64,000 nucleotides of DNA, taken from positions 59,692,408 through 59,756,407 of the forward strand of contig NC_057719.1 of NCBI RefSeq assembly GCF_004010195.1, in the 5' to 3' direction. The position numbers and the translations under genes are program-made. This document shows positions 61,792-64,000 of this stretch, one piece after another. The stretch comes from Chiloscyllium plagiosum. Its lineage: Eukaryota. The notes below the pieces were generated by a model, which worked only from the letters and a program-made list of their open reading frames with translations, made no database searches and had not been told where the DNA came from. Each line of letters begins with the position of its first letter. Within the stretch, counting starts at the first letter, position 1.

Positions 61792-62125
61792 AATAGAATA
61801 GAATCCCTACAGTGTGGAAACAGACCCTTTGGCCCAACAAGTCCACACCGACCCGCTGAAGAGTAACCCACTTCTATTCCCCTATTTGCCCCTGACCAAT
61901 GCACCTAACCTACACACCCCTGAACACTATGGGCAATTCGGCATGGCCAATTCACCTAACCCGCACATCTTTTGATTGTGGGAGGAAACCGCAGTACCTG
62001 GAGGAAACCCACGCAGATATGGGGAAAATGTGCAAACTCCACACAGACAGTCGCCCGAGGCTGGAATCAAACCCGGGTCCCTGGTGCTGTGAGGCAGCAG
62101 TGCTTAACCATTGAGCAACCGTGCT
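61792..62125 (-). mobile_element. Full HE1-like V-SINE
   Basis: Reverse complement of the 1210-1500 type sequence with head, core and tail. Confidence 0.88.
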
Positions 62126-63644
62126 CTGTCGTAGGAAAGGAAACCCTAGGTGGGAGCATCACTTTCACAGTCTGTGACAATACTGTGCTGCACGATAATT
62201 GCTACTATTTTGCAGCAGATGCAAAATCAGCTTCTCCCCGCTAATCCAGATCCTGTCGGGTAATTCTGCCAGAATGTGCAGACGTGATTTGTGAAATCTT
62301 AAAGGTGGGCCCATTTTAACAACACTGATTCTTGCTGTTCTTTTCTTCTAGCAATGCCACTGAAAACATGATCATCTCTATTGGGAGCCATCCAATGTGT
62401 GGGTGATTCTGTTACTCTCAGGGATTGGTGGAACGCTGCTACATAAACTATTTTAAGAAGCATAGCTTCCACTGGTGCCATTGTGCCCAAGTGAGATGCC
62501 ATCTCTGGCTATCAACATTGTTGTGCATACGACAGCATGTAGACAAAAGAGACCTGTTGTGCAGCCTGAGGTCCCTGGCTTCCTTTCAACTTGTCTCCTC
62601 GCAAACACATCAACTCAAAGTGTTCCTTTTGAGAAACCCCACAGTGCCATTAAGATTGAATGGGAGGCAGTGAAGAGTAGAAAATCAATGGAGCAACTCA
62701 CACATGAATGTCCATATGAGCTTCAGTAATATGGTGAGGAAATAAAAGAAACTGGTCTGATGTACGCGGCCTTAAACTGCTTGTATTTACATCACTGTAT
62801 CTTTCAAATCAATCCTTGTTTATGTCTCAGCTCCTGGCAAACCTGAATATCTGGCTTGCTGGATACATTTGGCAGGTCACCACATTGAAATTGTTTGCAG
62901 GTCATCCTGCATCAGATTGTGTGTGTGTTAATGAACTTCCACCCATTTGAAAGTCAACTGAAATAGGTGGAGATTAGTCACAGCTAATGACTCAAATGAA
63001 TTTCTGCTGTGTTACATGTTGTATGCAGTATTTCTCGAGCATTATGGAGCCTCATCCTGAAGCTTAGGTAACAAGCCAACTGGAAGCATTACCAGACAAG
63101 AGGGACAAAAAATGTTTTCTAATTATTTGGCATTCTTTCATTCTCATGTGAAATAATACATTGACTTTGAAATCTAGATCTCTGTCACAATACTATAGTA
63201 AACACATCCCACACCACCCCTCAGTCCTCTGCTTCAGTTGATGTTCTGAAACATCTGCATAATTTCCCGCCAACTCCATGTAGCGAGGGCCCCCTTAAAA
63301 TCTTGCCTCATTCTCTAAAGTTCTGAGAAATGGTGTCAGCTACCTGAAGGAAAATTGCACAATCACAATAGTTAATTTACAGCATTAGAACACAACAATG
63401 GAAAAAGAAGTTCTAGTAAGCAACTTAAGACAGAAAAAATGCAAGTACAGAATTCACAGGAAAATATGCTTGTAGAGTATAGGATACCTTGCCCCAGATT
63501 GGCAGAAATCTGCTAATATTGTTGAATTCTGAGATCCCTCATGAACTGAATATTCTTTCACTCAGCTGATCCAATGCATGTGTTATTTGCACAATATCCT
63601 TCTTCCACCAGCTTCCCACTTCTCCACTTTACTCAGCTGTTCCT

Positions 63645-63915
63645 TTCCTACCTCACAGTACCAGGGACCCAGGTTTGATTCCATCCTCAGGTGTCTCTCT
63701 GTCTGTGGAATTTGCATATTCTCCCCGTAGCTGTGGGTTACCTCTGGGTGTTCTGGTTCAAAGATTTGCGGGTTAGGTGGATTAGCCATGGATAATGCAG
63801 GAGTACAGGAATGGGGTGGGGGGCTAGGTCTGGGTGGGATGCTGGTTGGAGTGTCAGTGCAGGCTGGATGGGTTGAATATCCTGTTTATGCACTGTAGGG
63901 ATTGTATGATTCTGT
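63645..63915 (+). mobile_element. HE1-like V-SINE
   Basis: cctcacagtaccagggacccaggtttgattcc, V core, tail cactgtagggattgtatgattct. Confidence 0.8.
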
Positions 63916-64000
63916 GAATAGTCCACTTCACTTATACTCAGAAGTTGAACTGGACCCACAGCAATGATGTTGCTCCTCTGTATCCCTCTTTTGTGGGAAA

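Noticed and set aside
62140..63320. Possible exon after ttcttttcttctag (62350) or a Harbinger-type transposon remnant
   Set aside because: All frames close quickly and I could not pair terminal repeats or recognise a protein motif.

Overview
Eukaryotic, repeat-dense DNA, most likely from a shark or other elasmobranch (inferred from HE1-type V-SINEs, HER1/CR1 LINE tails and a SacSINE1-like DeuSINE). It has three assembly gaps (36174-36669, 51268-51348, 58681-58961). One real protein-coding gene is visible and the ORF track misses it: SPTSSA (serine palmitoyltransferase small subunit A, 68 aa), join(18631..18733,22907..23010) on +, split by a 4173-bp U12-type (minor spliceosome) GT-AG intron. 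Two candidate upstream exons (ending at 633, and 9998..10131) would splice in frame to give an N-terminally extended form. The rest is mostly mobile DNA: CR1 LINEs (one near full length at 30610-34910), a second CR1/L2-group LINE family, L2 remnants, SINEs, Tigger-like and hAT-like MITEs, and two families of Penelope-derived fold-back elements. The fold-backs carry minimal hammerhead ribozyme motifs, mostly 33-37 nt unpaired tails and 9-16 bp target-site duplications. A 21-bp minisatellite (three arrays, about 6.8 kb, 37505-47085) appears to have grown inside a small retroposon whose unexpanded sibling lies at 28535-29190. All long ORFs at 37.5-47.2 kb are artefacts of this repeat. Repeat family names come from pattern recognition, not a database search, and boundaries of old repeats are approximate.
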